Assembly (NCBI GenBank): GCA_010909165.1
Contig: MU008156.1
Coordinates: 186,001 to 250,000, forward strand
Direction: 5' to 3'
Source: Anthoceros angustus
Lineage: Eukaryota > Plantae > Anthocerotophyta
DNA length: 64,000 nt
How positions within the stretch are numbered: the first letter of the stretch is position 1; each line of letters opens with the position of its first letter. The notes under the pieces were generated by a model that saw nothing but the letters and a program-made list of their open reading frames with translations, had not been told where the DNA came from and did no database searches. Positions 11,592-23,917 of the stretch are shown in pieces. The position numbers and the translations under genes are program-made.

Positions 11592-14500
11592 TCAGAGTCT
11601 GGCCAAAACCCTCCAAGGAATCTCATCTCTCGGCCTTGCTTCATATAATCCACTGACGCATGAATAAACCTCCACATGACTGGAGGATTCAAAGCCTCCA
11701 CGGTGCTGAGCTTCCAGGAACACCTTGGATCTTATGTGATCCAATTTGGAGGCACCAACTTTGACCAGTGTTGATGTACAAGAGCAGGAAGAGATAGGCA
11801 AATCCCTTACACCTCTTGAGTCATGCGAGAAAGAGAGCTTCTGGGTGGCATGGACTTCCGTCGCACATCCCTTCCTGAAGAATCTTGGCCAACAGGGACA
11901 ACAACCTTCCTCGGCTGCCCAGCTGCATTAATAATCCTTTGAACCACGGCGGGAGAGCTATTGCCATTGGAGCTTGCAGTTGCATGGCGTGAACTTGGTG
12001 GCCCACCACCACTTCCTGCACCAACTGCTGCCCCACCCCCAGCTGATTCTGTGCCAGTGCCTGCACTGCCTGAACTCGAGCCTGTTCCTGTTCCAGAGCC
12101 AGCAACACGAACTTTTGCTGCAGTACTACTGCTTGATGCATTCCTCATTCCTGGACTGTCAACAATCAGACCTCCATTATCTGTTGGTTGATAAGCCCTC
12201 CTTGACGGTATAGAAGCAACAGGAGGTGCACTTAACGAAGTAGGTCTGCCCTTTCGAATGTGAAGCGTGGAGGAACATGCAGGAGGTCCTGCGCTCACAG
12301 ATAGCCCTCCTACAGTGGTCTCAATGTTCAGACCTCTGGAAAGACTACCGCGTGATGACCTCTGTGAGACACTGCACCGAGGTTGCGCTGCGCGAGCACC
12401 ATCCTGCATCACATCAGCCCTTGCAATTGAGATACACAGTGACAGAGTATACAGGATGAGTTGTACACAAGTGACGGTCTGTGGAGATCAGGACATTTGG
12501 AACCCTGGATTCAATCTTATTTTAAACTTACCTTTTGCCCGTTTAAGCCAGGCTGCACACCGATGGGAGACTTTGAACCACTTCCATTTCCCCAAATTGA
12601 AGTGTCATTGAGGGGGATACCGTCCTCCTTCTGGGGCTGAGATGAGGTCTGCCAGGCTCCATTGTTCACAGGTGACGGTATTCTCTTTACCCTTTGCCCA
12701 GATGGTGGCTCCCACATTGACTGGCGACATTGATTGATCCTACTCGACCCTGACTTGACATTGCCAGAGCTCCAATCCTGCAGAGGAAAAGGTAAGCACC
12801 ACTAATCACAACACCGGCAGGGAAACTGATCCACCTGAAAACGCTTGCAACTTACAGCAGACATGCTTGTGGGAGCCACTCGATCAACAGGTCTGTTCGG
12901 ACTCATTCTCCGAATGACAGGATTCATGCTGTACGTCCTGTTGCTTAGAATCCTGTTCTTTGTTTGTCCCCATGCTGCTGGACCAGCAGGACCCGAGGTG
13001 AATGGAGAGATGAATGAAGTAGCCAGAGTGTCAGAGACAGAAGGAGATTCATCGGCACATGGCTTGAAGAGTGGTCTGCTGTTGCTATTTACTTGTTCCT
13101 GATGCAGTCGCATAAGATCGCCCTACAAGTAGCACAAGTAGACATCCGACGTAAGTCTTCCAAAGAGTCCACCTAAAACCCAGAACCAACATAAACCAGG
13201 ATGAGAAGATATAAGCAGCACTCTTACAGCTTTCCACATTCGAGACTGCATCTCCCGTAAGAAGTGTTGCTGCGGACCAATAACACTACCTGGCCTGAGA
13301 ATGCGCAGGTAGCCCAGTGCCTGCATTACCACCTCACTAGATTAAGTGTCACTCAATGAAAGCAGTCCCAAAGCTCTGATACTAGAACCTGACGATCACT
13401 CAAGGACAACCTGGAAGTCCCGATCTTTACCTCATTTGCTGTGAATCGGTAATGCTTCATGAGGTAGCAACCAATTAGCACACCAGTGCGACCTAAGCCA
13501 GCCTACATACATTTCGAATACCAAAGTCAGAGAAACAATACATTGCGCATACTTTCTCTGCACATATTACTCTCAACAATTCATGCTGTTCACCCAATAG
13601 TCAGTATTCCTGAACAAGCAAGCATTTGAAAAACATGCAGAACAAAGGATCCAAGACATAGAAACCAAAGTAGGGTATGCACAAACACACTTTGCAGTGG
13701 ACAGCTATGGCACCAGGAGTCTCCTCCACAATTTCCAGAAACCTCTGGACGATTCTATCAGAGGGGCAGCTGGTTTCAAGATCAACACCGTTTACCAGAT
13801 TAGCAATCTGACAACATATTCAACAAGACGAAATATTTCACTTTACATTTGTACGCAATCGTCCAGAGGGAATACTACCTTCCATCTGCGAAGTAGAGAT
13901 CAAAATGGTTGATGCCATTTTCCAGGAACCGACGTCTGTCATAGACTCTCTTGTTCAGCCTTATCACAGTGGTTACTCCAGTCTGATACATTTTTTTACA
14001 AAGTTTTGTTAAGCAAACAGGCATGCTGCATTGACCATACAAGGTTCCTCACTGTACTACAAAAGTCTACGATACTTGATCGCTGACAGGTATGAGAAGA
14101 AAGACTGCTCCACAAGACACACGCGAAGTACACACCCGATGGAAGTAATCAACATAATCTTCAGGAACCAGAGTCCTGTAACCATAAATCTGCAAACGGG
14201 TAACCAGATACAGTGTGAGAGAAGTTCCATCCTTTCGGCTGTCTGCAAATCATGCTACTTCGCCGACCCCAATGATATAAAAGGGTTGTTGCCGATCATG
14301 GATGTTTGAACCGCACCTCTGCACGTCTGGCTGCCGGACCACTAAAAGCAACAAGCTTGTTGGGAACTATCCAGTTGAGGTCTCCATTTTCTACCTGCAA
14401 AGGGAATCAAATTCTGGTCGACATACATCGGCAAGAACGAGTTACCAGCTTGGGCAGCAGATAGAACCGAGAGGCCGCACCTGCTCAAAAAACTCGTAAT

Positions 14501-15435
14501 CATCTAGGTTAAAGTTGTCAAAGTCAATCCACCCAATCTTGTGCCCTTTCACGATTGCCTGGAGCACAACGAGAACCGAGAGTCACGTTGTGCCTACAAT
14601 TGCCAACCTCAGAACTCGGCAAGCCAGATTTAGACCTAATCTTGCCTTACCCGTATGCAATCGAGCACGGAGAGGGGATACGTCGAGACGCCACAAGTCG
14701 GATCTCTAAACGGCAGGTAGGGCTCAAATGCAGCTAATCGAGAGTAAGCGGCCTCCGCCTCGTCACCGACAAAGAGCACCAGGTATGCTCCTAGCTGCAA
14801 CAGAGTCCCTGGGCCTGAGTATTTCCCTCGGAACAAAGACAGTGACGGCAAACGGCACAGCGAGAGCCGGCTTACCAGAACCGCGGCATTGGATTTCTTT
14901 TTCGGTTCAGCACTGCAGCAGAGGCAGACGCAGTTCCCCTGCTCCTCTGCTTCCTGAAGCAACGATGGGCAAGGAGCTCAGGCGAAACCCTCGAGCAAAG
15001 CAGCCGTTTTCAGAAGGGCAGGGCTCACATGGACTGCAACCCGCATTCCCCTGCCGCACGGAAGCATGAACAAGAAGGCAATTCCTGGGGGCGGCGGGGC
15101 GCAGGTGATCTCACCTTGAGAAGGCCGTCCAATTTCCAGCAAAACCTATATGTGCAGGCCAGGTTCAAGGGCCCGAAGTCCGCAAAGAAAGGCTCGTACA
15201 CCTGCCACAAGGCGGTTGTCACAATCGGGGCCCAGGCCAGCACACACATGTACATGCATCAGTTCCAAGTCCGGGAGGAGGGCACGATTATACGCACCAG
15301 CTCATTGTCCACGCTGAAACATGTGACAGGAGCCGGGAAGGAGGAGGTTTTGACCTCCTCGTCGTTGCGGACGGGAGCGAAGTAGAGCTTGCCTTTCAAA
15401 ACCTCACGTACGTCGTGGTCTCTCAGACCCATCAT
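11592..15435 (-). CDS. CDC14: Cdc14-family dual-specificity phosphatase, ~12-13 exons; 3' end approximate
   Basis: Spliced exons give MMGLRD..FSVDNEL|[14 protein letters not shown]|..YLPFRD..|[20 protein letters not shown]|[16 protein letters not shown]|[24 protein letters not shown]|..AVHCK|AGLGRTG (HCKAGLGRT active site)|[14 protein letters not shown], then a long Ser/Pro-rich tail. Confidence 0.92.
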
Positions 15436-16988
15436 GCAGGCAGGATCAGGATTGGCGCTGGCGCAGGGTGGTGAGCCGGCGCGCCCGGGCCGAGGCTCCA
15501 GCCGCAGCCATGCACCCCAGAGTGGCCAATTGCGTCAGATCCAGCCCCAATTCCGCCGCAGTGCTGCACAATGCGCGGCGTCGCAGCCCGCAGCCCGCAG
15601 ACGAAATGCGGGGCGGGGAGCCCCGGGGTGCGGCCCCAGAGCAGGGACACGGTGGCGGCGATGGCGATGGCGATGGCGACGGCAGCGAGCGTGGGAGGCA
15701 CCGGAGGGCGTGAGAGTGTCCGGGCCGGAGGCTGGCTATGGAGGAGGGACAGCCACGCAGGCAAAGCCGCGTGAACCAAAGTCAGTGAAAGGAAACCAAA
15801 GGCCAATGCAATACAACGACGCTCTCGTCACGCCCTCCTTTCCGTCTCTCCATCGCCGTAAACCGTCCCCAAACGTTTTCCTATTACCTGGTAACTGCAT
15901 TCACTATTCCACTATTCCTTGCATCTGCTTTACCCTTTTCCACCCCCTGCCCTCCCCACGCCGTTTTCGCCCCCCGGGCCCTCTTCCCCCTTCTTATTCC
16001 TCCCTCGCACGTCTCTTCCATTTCGCCCTCGGAGTCCGGAAACTGCCAGGTACATTACCAAACAGCGTCACTTGTCGCCGAGGACCTCCACTTGGCGCAA
16101 AAGCAAATGTACCTACTGTTACTGGAGTAACACGTCTGACTCATTCTTATCTCCCTTTACTTCATATAAAATATCTTCCATCTACCCTTAACATTTATCT
16201 ACATTTCTTTTGAAATAATATTTTTCAAATTATAAATCTATATTTTAACACGCATAAAATATGTGTCAACAAAACTAAATAAGCTATTCGGTAGACACCT
16301 CAAGTAAATTTAAAATTGCTTGCACAAAGCTGCTCCATGGGGATTTGTCAATGTCTATGGGACAACTAAGCTCATAATGTCACAAGCCATTATTTCCATG
16401 TTATTTCCATGTTCGACCAACCTATTAATCCCCCTCCCCCAACTAAATATCATCTTCACATAATAAACCAGTCCGCTTTGTAATCCAGCTCCTCTCCTCG
16501 AGAAGCCATTGCTCCCATGTTCAATTTATCTATTACTCCCATTCTTAAACAAGTCCTAACTCCATATCATTAATCATGCGTGACTAACCTCCTCCATAAA
16601 CCGGTGCTTGCCACTCAAGCAACCATTACTCTTCCTACTAAACTTATCCTAGCTTGACATACTCCCCCAAAATTGTTCTATGTGTAAGTAAATTATTTCA
16701 TCTTTTATAATAAAAAATAATACTTTTTACTTGGTGTTCCTTTACCACCGAACTACCCATTCTAAATAGGTACCTACTTATCAGTTTATCCAACATAGAA
16801 ATTACTTAAATCAAACACTTCGGTATGTATGTACGTCATTTCTCCCAACTAGGTACTCGAACCGGGGAGACAACACTTTATACGGTACCCAGGCATACTT
16901 CGTCACTTTTCCCGACTTCGCAGAGGTGTGCTGGGTGCTGAACTCAGCTGGCGGGGCTGTCGTTTGGATTGATCGTAGGAGGAAAGGG

Positions 16989-17833
16989 ATGGCCTTGAAG
17001 GGCGTGCAATTGGGTGAAGGGGGCAGGGATGCGCAGCCGCCGCTCCCCCCCTATTCTCCTCCTCCAGGGGCTCCGCTGCCCACGATGGGATACGTAGGGG
17101 AGCCAATTTGGCCCGGGCTTGGGGTGGATTATCCTTTTCCTCCGCATCTCGAGTGCGTCGACTGGATCATGGCTTATTTCCATTCCCATTCCCATTCCCC
17201 ATGCCTGACCTGATCATCTGGAGACAGTCAATTTGTTGGGTGCGTCTATCAGCAGCTTCTTGGCAGGTGCTTGAACCCTCCGCCTGAACGCTTTCATTTC
17301 TGTTCCCCGCTTGTGTACACAGGTGTGTATCCTGTTCCGGACACCAGTCTTGGCATCTGCTTCAAGAGAGACATGGCTGCTATGTGTACCTTTCGTCTCA
17401 TCAGTTTACAGACTGTGTGCTGGAAGTGCCATGTGCGCAGGAGCTGCATCCGATGAATCTGCCTGCACCATTTCGGCCTGTTATGCCAACACCACCCTTG
17501 CCTCCCGAGTGTGTCCCGCCCTCTTCTCCGGAGCACCGGGACCTGTCCAGCGGGGAATCGGAGCTGGAGACCTCCGATAAGGTGGCGTGGACGCAGTCTG
17601 GCTCTTGGCCTCACTGCAGTATGTCGAAGGGCTTGACATCAGGTTTGGATGTGTAGGGTGAAGTTGAGATCATGGATCGCGACAAGGTAAAGGCTGAACA
17701 GCAACATGACGCAGTTCTGGGACCAGCTGCTGATAAAGAAGCTTCTCACGAGGCTGCTGGTGTCAAAGTCCGTCACCTTGACAGCCAAAGAATTTTCCAT
17801 GTAGAGTTCGAGGAAGCATGTTCTGTCCTACAG
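16989..17833 (+). pseudogene. Degenerate, RRM-less fragment of U11/U12 snRNP 65K (RNPC3) linker region
   Basis: EPIWPGLGVDYPFPPHLE..VYP.PD, (E)LHPMNLPAPFRPVMPTPPLP, DLSSGESELE and VLGPAADKEASHEAAGVK match the plant 65K central region as recalled. Frameshift at the first splice junction; no RRMs. Confidence 0.7.
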
Positions 17834-17920
17834 GTGAGAATTTTCATCCATGTATGCTTAGGTCATACCGAATTTGTACACTTACAACGGGATAGGCATG
17901 GGAAGTAGACAGGAGTTACA

Positions 17921-20082
17921 CTAGAAATCTGCTCGGTAGATGCAAACCAGATTCGTGTGAGATGTCGGGGATCGACAAAGTGGGCATTCTGGCTTCTCAT
18001 TGCACCACCCCACAATGCACTTCCTGTCACCAGCAGTGGCACACACATAAGTTGCCTGGAATGCAACTACCTGGAATCCATCCTGCCAACAGCTAGTCCA
18101 GTGCTCACCAACAGAAGACATGTCCGCAGGGCGTTGCAGTTGGATGCTGACGAGGACTTAAACAAAGAGTGCACTTTGATGATGCGCTCACCTGAAAATG
18201 CAGGAAATAGCAAAAGTTAATTTACGTACCAGTTCCACTTGTGTCAGTTAAAGAAAAGCAAAAATATTCACCTCTGCATCCCCGATTGATGTGGGCATGG
18301 GCCTTTGCGAACCCTCGTCCTCCACGCTTTTGCCATCCTCATCTAGCATAGCGATACCACGATGGCCTGTGCAAAAGTCGACCACAGAATGCATTGTTAG
18401 AATCAGTTGTCCAGCATGCAGTCGATGGCTGTTCAAAGGTAGCGAAGTCTCCACCTCCGGTTGATAAAGGAGGATCCTGTGAGTGCAGGTGCATGGAGTT
18501 GGCTAACGCAGGGATGATGCTTCTTCGTAACCAGTCTCCTCCAAGAATAGAGAGCTGAATGAGAAGAAACAAGCCAAGCATGTAGTACCTGAAGCAACAC
18601 GTCATGACAATCACCAATTAGCTCAAAAGCCTCCCAACAGAAAAGGCCTGCCTTCAATGCACACTCAAGGTCTTGCAGGCACTCGCCAGACCAACCTGGG
18701 CCTCTGCTGAGTAGGCCTCCCCATGAAAATATAGCGGATTCCTGCCGCACGCTTCGCCAAATGGTAATAGGCACCTGCAACACATGTAAACAATCTAAGA
18801 GAAAGCCCAAAACAACATCACAATAAGCCTGTAATCAGCGCCATAATACACACCTTCGAAATAGAAAAACATGAGATGTGTACGAACAATCAGTAACAGA
18901 GCCTCACGCACAGATGGTAATACCTGCAGCAGCAACGAAACATCAAACAGTACTGAGTTGGAGATAAAACACATGCGGTAAAGACATGGTGGGAAGAAGC
19001 ATGCCTCGTACCACTGGCCAATACTGCAGCGCTGTAAGCCAAGCCCTCTGCACCCTCTGCATCACCTCAGATGCCCTTGACACTGTTAGTTCTGCACTAG
19101 TGCTAGGGACTTCTCGCAATGCATTTTCTGCCCGTCCAGCCTGCCCATCCTCTTGTGCGCGCACGACGTCTCTGTCAGGGCGGCTATCCCTGTCCCTTGA
19201 ACCAGCTGTTGTGTCAGAATTCCCATCTTGGGCGTCATCCTCCTCCGGACTCTGACTTGCGAGAGACACTCCTCTCGCTGCCGCCCTTGTACTGTCACAC
19301 CGCAGCCCCCATCCGCTCAGCATCTTCCCCTCCCGGCCACTAGCACCACAACGTACTCAAGGATATCGACAACACCACAGCCTTGCCACGGACTACAATC
19401 ACCTGAGGCGGTGGCCAACATAGGGCAGAACAGTCTGGAACACCACAAACAAAATCCGCCTGGCCGGAGTGGGAGGAAGGCCGTTCGAACCAGCAACCTG
19501 CAAGCACAAACTTCCAAATCAAATCCTGCGCCAAAGACTCCAACCGGTTTAAAAACGACAAACCACTACACCGACCTGAGAAATGTCACAGTACTCCTCT
19601 CCAAGCGTCTGCTGCCCCGACCCGGTGGTCAAGAGGTAGTAAAGCACCCTCCCCGCCAACCTAGTCTGATCCACCCCGCACGGAAAAAACCTCACAAAAC
19701 AAATCTTTCAAGCTCCACACCAGACGCAGCAAAATCACGATCCTCCAAAACTCCTCACCTCATTCTGATACGCCACAGCAAGCCTAGTCCCTGCAGCACC
19801 ACAACCAGAAAGTGAATTCCCGCCTAACGTGACCTAAGCTCCAAAGCTCCTACAATGTGCATCCTCTCACCAACCTAGCAGGTGCCGGAAGGCGTCGTTA
19901 CACGCTTCGCACACCTGCGTCACATACTGCTCGTCCTTCTCGGCGGCCCGCATGATCTCCGGCTGCGCAGCGGGCGGGAAACCGATTCTTCTGCTGCTCC
20001 CGCTCCCGCTCCCGCTCGCCGCCATCGCCCTCCCGCCATCAGCCGCATCAGCCAGCCCGGCGGCGGCCGTGCCGTCCGCCAT
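17921..20082 (-). CDS. PEX10: Peroxisome biogenesis RING E3 ligase PEX10, multi-exon
   Basis: Exon 1 [32 protein letters not shown]; internal [12 protein letters not shown]; C-terminal [52 protein letters not shown]. Confidence 0.93.
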
Positions 20083-20714
20083 CGCTTTCCTTTCCCTTAG
20101 CTTCGCCGCACTCGCAAGCAGACGGGGCAGCACATGAACAGTGCCTGACCTGGTGTTGCCGGAAACTGATAGAAAATATGCCTGCTTATCTCTTCCATTA
20201 ACAAGTATGTAGCCGGAATTTCAGGCCTCGAAACTCCCCAACCAGCCACGTCGACCCCGATGCCCCGTGCCACACACGCTGCAACACGCGCCCACCCCGC
20301 CCTTCCCTCCACGCTGGACCGGTCCCCGGTCACCCGGTCCCGGAACCCCAGCCCCGCTCACTGCCGCGGCCCCGATACCGGCCGCAGCCGGGATCCAGGG
20401 CGCCGAGGTGGCGCGCGGGCGCGTGTCAGAACGGGGTAAGCACGCCCCGGGTGGGGACGTGGAGCTCATGGTGGGCCCCCCGTTCAAATCCGGAGCCGCA
20501 TTAGTCTATACCTCTTGTACACTGCGATGCTTTGGGTGGCGGCCTGGCTGGGGCCTGGCCGTGGCGTAGGCGCAGGCGTAGGCGAAGGCAAAGGGAGGAA
20601 GCCGAGGCGTGTGCTTGCGTGCGTGCGTGTTGGTGCGTTGTTTGGCAAGGCACGTCGGGCCGGGCCGGGCCGGGCGAGGAGAAAGGCGGAAGGAAGGAAG
20701 GAAGAAGGGAAGCG

Positions 20715-20746
20715 ATGATCTCGTTCCCCGTGCCGGCATCGCAGCA

Positions 20747-20782
<36 letters not shown>

Positions 20783-20859
20783 CGGGGAGATGAGAGCGGA
20801 CAAGGAGGAGCATTTTGTGTACGAGGCGTGCTACGACCCGTTCCGCCACACGCCGCTGG
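20715..20859 (+). other. Diverged inverted copy of PEX10 exon 1 with a (CAG)n poly-Q insert; putative first exon or uORF of the bHLH transcript
   Basis: ISFP..GEMRADKEEHFVYEACYDPFRHTPLG|gt aligns with PEX10 [30 protein letters not shown]|gt, with the same phase-1 donor. Confidence 0.65.
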
Positions 20860-20931
20860 GTGCGTGCCTGTGCAGCAGGAATTTGTTGGCGCTTCCAATT
20901 TGAGTTGCTTGAATTTTGTGGGCGGTTGGGG

Positions 20932-22995
20932 ATGGCTGCCATGCAGGCGGGCAATTACAGCAACAGCAGCAACAACACCAGCAGCAGCGACACCAGCAGT
21001 TGGGCCCGGTGGAGCAATTCCAACAGCCTCCCGATCTGCACCCGTTCCCTGCCCCGTTCCAGGCCTCCCCTGACCCCGCCACTGAGGCTCACCAATTCCA
21101 CGCCGCGGGCCCGGGCACTGGCCCTGACGCCGCCACCAATTCCAGGTCCCCGACCCCGTGCCCGTGCACCAGTTCCAGGCCCCGACCCTCCCCAGTTCCA
21201 GCCTGGGGACCTCCCGGGCTTGAGCGTCCGGCCCGTTCCCAGGTATGTGTGTACTTGCATTCCTCGTTCTGCTGCTGCTGCCATGAACCTCACGTGATGC
21301 TGCCTCACGTGCCTGCCGCTCACGTGGCGGGTGGTGGTGGGTGGTCACGTGAGGGTGCAGCCGGCGCGGTGGTAGCGGGGGTGGGGAGCTGAGCAAGCCT
21401 TCGTCCGTGCGGAAATTCCACAAGGCGGACAGGGAGAAGCTGCGGCGGGATAAATTGAATGAGCAGTTCGCGGAGCTGGCAGGCGTGCTTGGTGGGTTTG
21501 CTGGGCGGGCTAATGCGAATGCAAACGCAAATGCGAACTGTCGCTGCTTCTCAGCTTAGGGTTGTGGGGTGTTGTTGTTTGCTCGCAGATCCTGATCGGC
21601 CCAAGAACGACAAGGCAACCATCCTGGGGGACAGCGTGCAGACGGTGAGGGAATTGCGTGCAGAGGTGAAGCGGCTCAAGGCGGAGCACGACGCGCTCTT
21701 GGACGAGTCCCGGGATGTAAGTGAGGGAATGCAGCAGTGGGTGTTACGGCTGGTGGCATTGCGGGAGCCTGGGCTGCATTGATGGATGATGGGTCTGTGC
21801 AGCTGACGCAGGAGAAATCAGAGCTGCGGGAGGAGAAGTCGAGCCTGCAGACGGACACTGACAGCCTGCAGGCGCAGCTGCAGCAGAGGTTGCAGCTCAT
21901 CATGCCATGGGTGGGCATGGACGTGTCGGCCATGATGGGAGGCTCTCCCTACCCTTACCCTTCCGTGCCCATGCCCCCTGCTGCTGCTCGCCCGCAAGGT
22001 GGTGTTGCTGCTCCAGGCACCGCTCCTCCTCCTCCTGGACAAGCTCAGCAGCAGCAGCAGCACGCTCTTCCCTACGTGCCTGCTCCCGGGCCCGGAGGGG
22101 GCTTCCCCATGCACCCTCCTCCCCTGCAGGCCTTCGCCATGTTCGGGAGCAGGCACGGGGAGGGAGCTGTGCCTCCCTACATGCACTACCCGCATTACCC
22201 TCCTCCCCCGTCCCACTCCCATGTGGAGAGGCCGTATGCGCAGTACCCATCTGCCATGCAGCCTCCTCCTGGCTACCTCATGCAGATGCAGGCTCAGGTG
22301 TCTGCTGCTCCAGGGCCCCCCTTCTACAGACCTTACGGGGCCCCTGGCATGCCGCCATCGCAGCCTCCTCCCCCACCACCTCCTCCTCCTCCTCCAGCCC
22401 TTGAGATCTCCCAGAGCGGGCCTGAAGGAGAGCAGTCCACCTCGTCCCACCAGCCTCCTTCTTCGCACGACCACACTGATGTGCAGACTGTGTTGCAGCT
22501 CAAGACAGGAGGCAACTCGTCAGCATCAGGACAGGCCCCGCAGCCCACTCAAGGAGCAGGAACAGGAGCAGGAGCAGGATCAGCATCAGCATCAGCATCT
22601 GGAGGAAAAGCACAGCAGGTGGTACCACTGCTTCTTTGCCTTCTTCCTCACCTTCACAACAATGCTGATGCAATGCAGTGCAAGGCTGTACGTGACATGA
22701 TACTAACTGTGTGGCCCATTCCCAGCCTGCAAGCACTGTCTCTGCCTCCTCCAGCCTGCAGAAGGAATCGGTGAAGAGGGAAGATAGCTCAGGAGCCCCA
22801 CAGGCAAGTGATGCGTCCACACCCCTTGATCTCAGTCTCAGAACCACTTCAGCTGCACCCACAGCTTCCAGTCAGAGTGCCTCGTCTGCTGGTAGTGACG
22901 TTGAAGGTGCCAGAGGAGATGAAGACAGGCTACACAACCAGGAGCCTTCGCAGCAAAGACGGTCTCTGGATATACGAAACCCAACAACCCCCTAA
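20932..22995 (+). CDS. bHLH-ZIP transcription factor, subgroup IVb (bHLH121/URI, bHLH11-like; iron homeostasis); start uncertain
   Basis: RKFHKADREKLRRDKLNEQFAELAGVL|DPDRPKNDKATILGDSVQ..|LTQEKSELREEK..MPW; SHVERPYAQYP; EAR-like LDLSL near the C-terminus. Confidence 0.9.
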
Positions 22996-23446
22996 CACTA
23001 CCTTCCATCCAATTTTGGGTCAGCTGTATGTATGTATGTATGTAACATCAGGTCCACCAACAGGCTCAGATTCCTGGAGCCCGGCTCATCTTGTCTGTCG
23101 GATCAATTGGATCCGCCGCCTCAACAAAAAAATCTTCCCTTGGAGAACCCATTTCGGGATTCTGTCTTGTTCCCGATCATGTGCGTAGTAACTAGGAAAC
23201 CACACTAGACTAGCAAGTATCAACCTCCATTTTTCCTCTGTACATCCGCGTGTACTGAAAAAATTCCATATACCAACCAGTAATTGATGATTTACAAGTT
23301 AGGGTTCTAAAGATAACTTTCTGAAAATAATGTAGTCCATGTACCAACCAGTAATTGATGACATACAAGTTCGGGTTTTTAAAGATAATCTTTTGAATAA
23401 CTTTTGAAAAAGAAAATAGTGCGTTTCCTGAACGTCTGCCTGCTCA

Positions 23447-23519
23447 TGGAGAAGACGGGCATCGATCCCGTTGCCTCCCGTATGCGAAACGGGCGCTCTA
23501 CCATTTGAGCTACTCCCCC
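23447..23519 (-). tRNA. trnA-CGC: tRNA-Ala, anticodon CGC
   Basis: GGGGGAGTAGCTCAAATGGTAGAGCGCCCGTTTCGCATACGGGAGGCAACGGGATCGATGCCCGTCTTCTCCA folds as a cloverleaf with the G3:U70 Ala identity pair. A T-run (Pol III terminator) follows downstream. Confidence 0.93.
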
Positions 23520-23917
23520 ACAAGAGTTAACTGTACTTTTCTATTTTTATAGACTTCAAATTTTTCCCTGCCGCCCCCGTTCACATTCCCCACGTTGAGG
23601 AGTTGAGGAAGTAGGGAGATCTGCTGTCCGAGAGCGTATTTTGGCAACCCTTCTCTGGATGGCCATATCTGCATCGATCGGCTCTGAGGCCCGTGCACGC
23701 GACGTGTGCCGGAAACAGAGGCTTGTCATTGTTTCTTAACTGGAGCTGCGCTGCGGGTGCAATTTTCACACAGTAGGGCGCGTTCAAGGCGCTGATCTAA
23801 GGCGGATCGGAGGCGGATCAGGCCATGCCCGGAGCGAGGGAGTGGTGAGGCACGAGTGTGAAGAATCCGGGAGAAGCGAACACGATCAGGGAGGCTCAGC
23901 ACCGTCAGCGGGCAGCC

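Noticed and set aside
15389-16213. 274-aa plus-strand ORF upstream of CDC14
   Set aside because: Low-complexity GC-rich 5' UTR/promoter of CDC14 running into AT-rich DNA; no domain signal.
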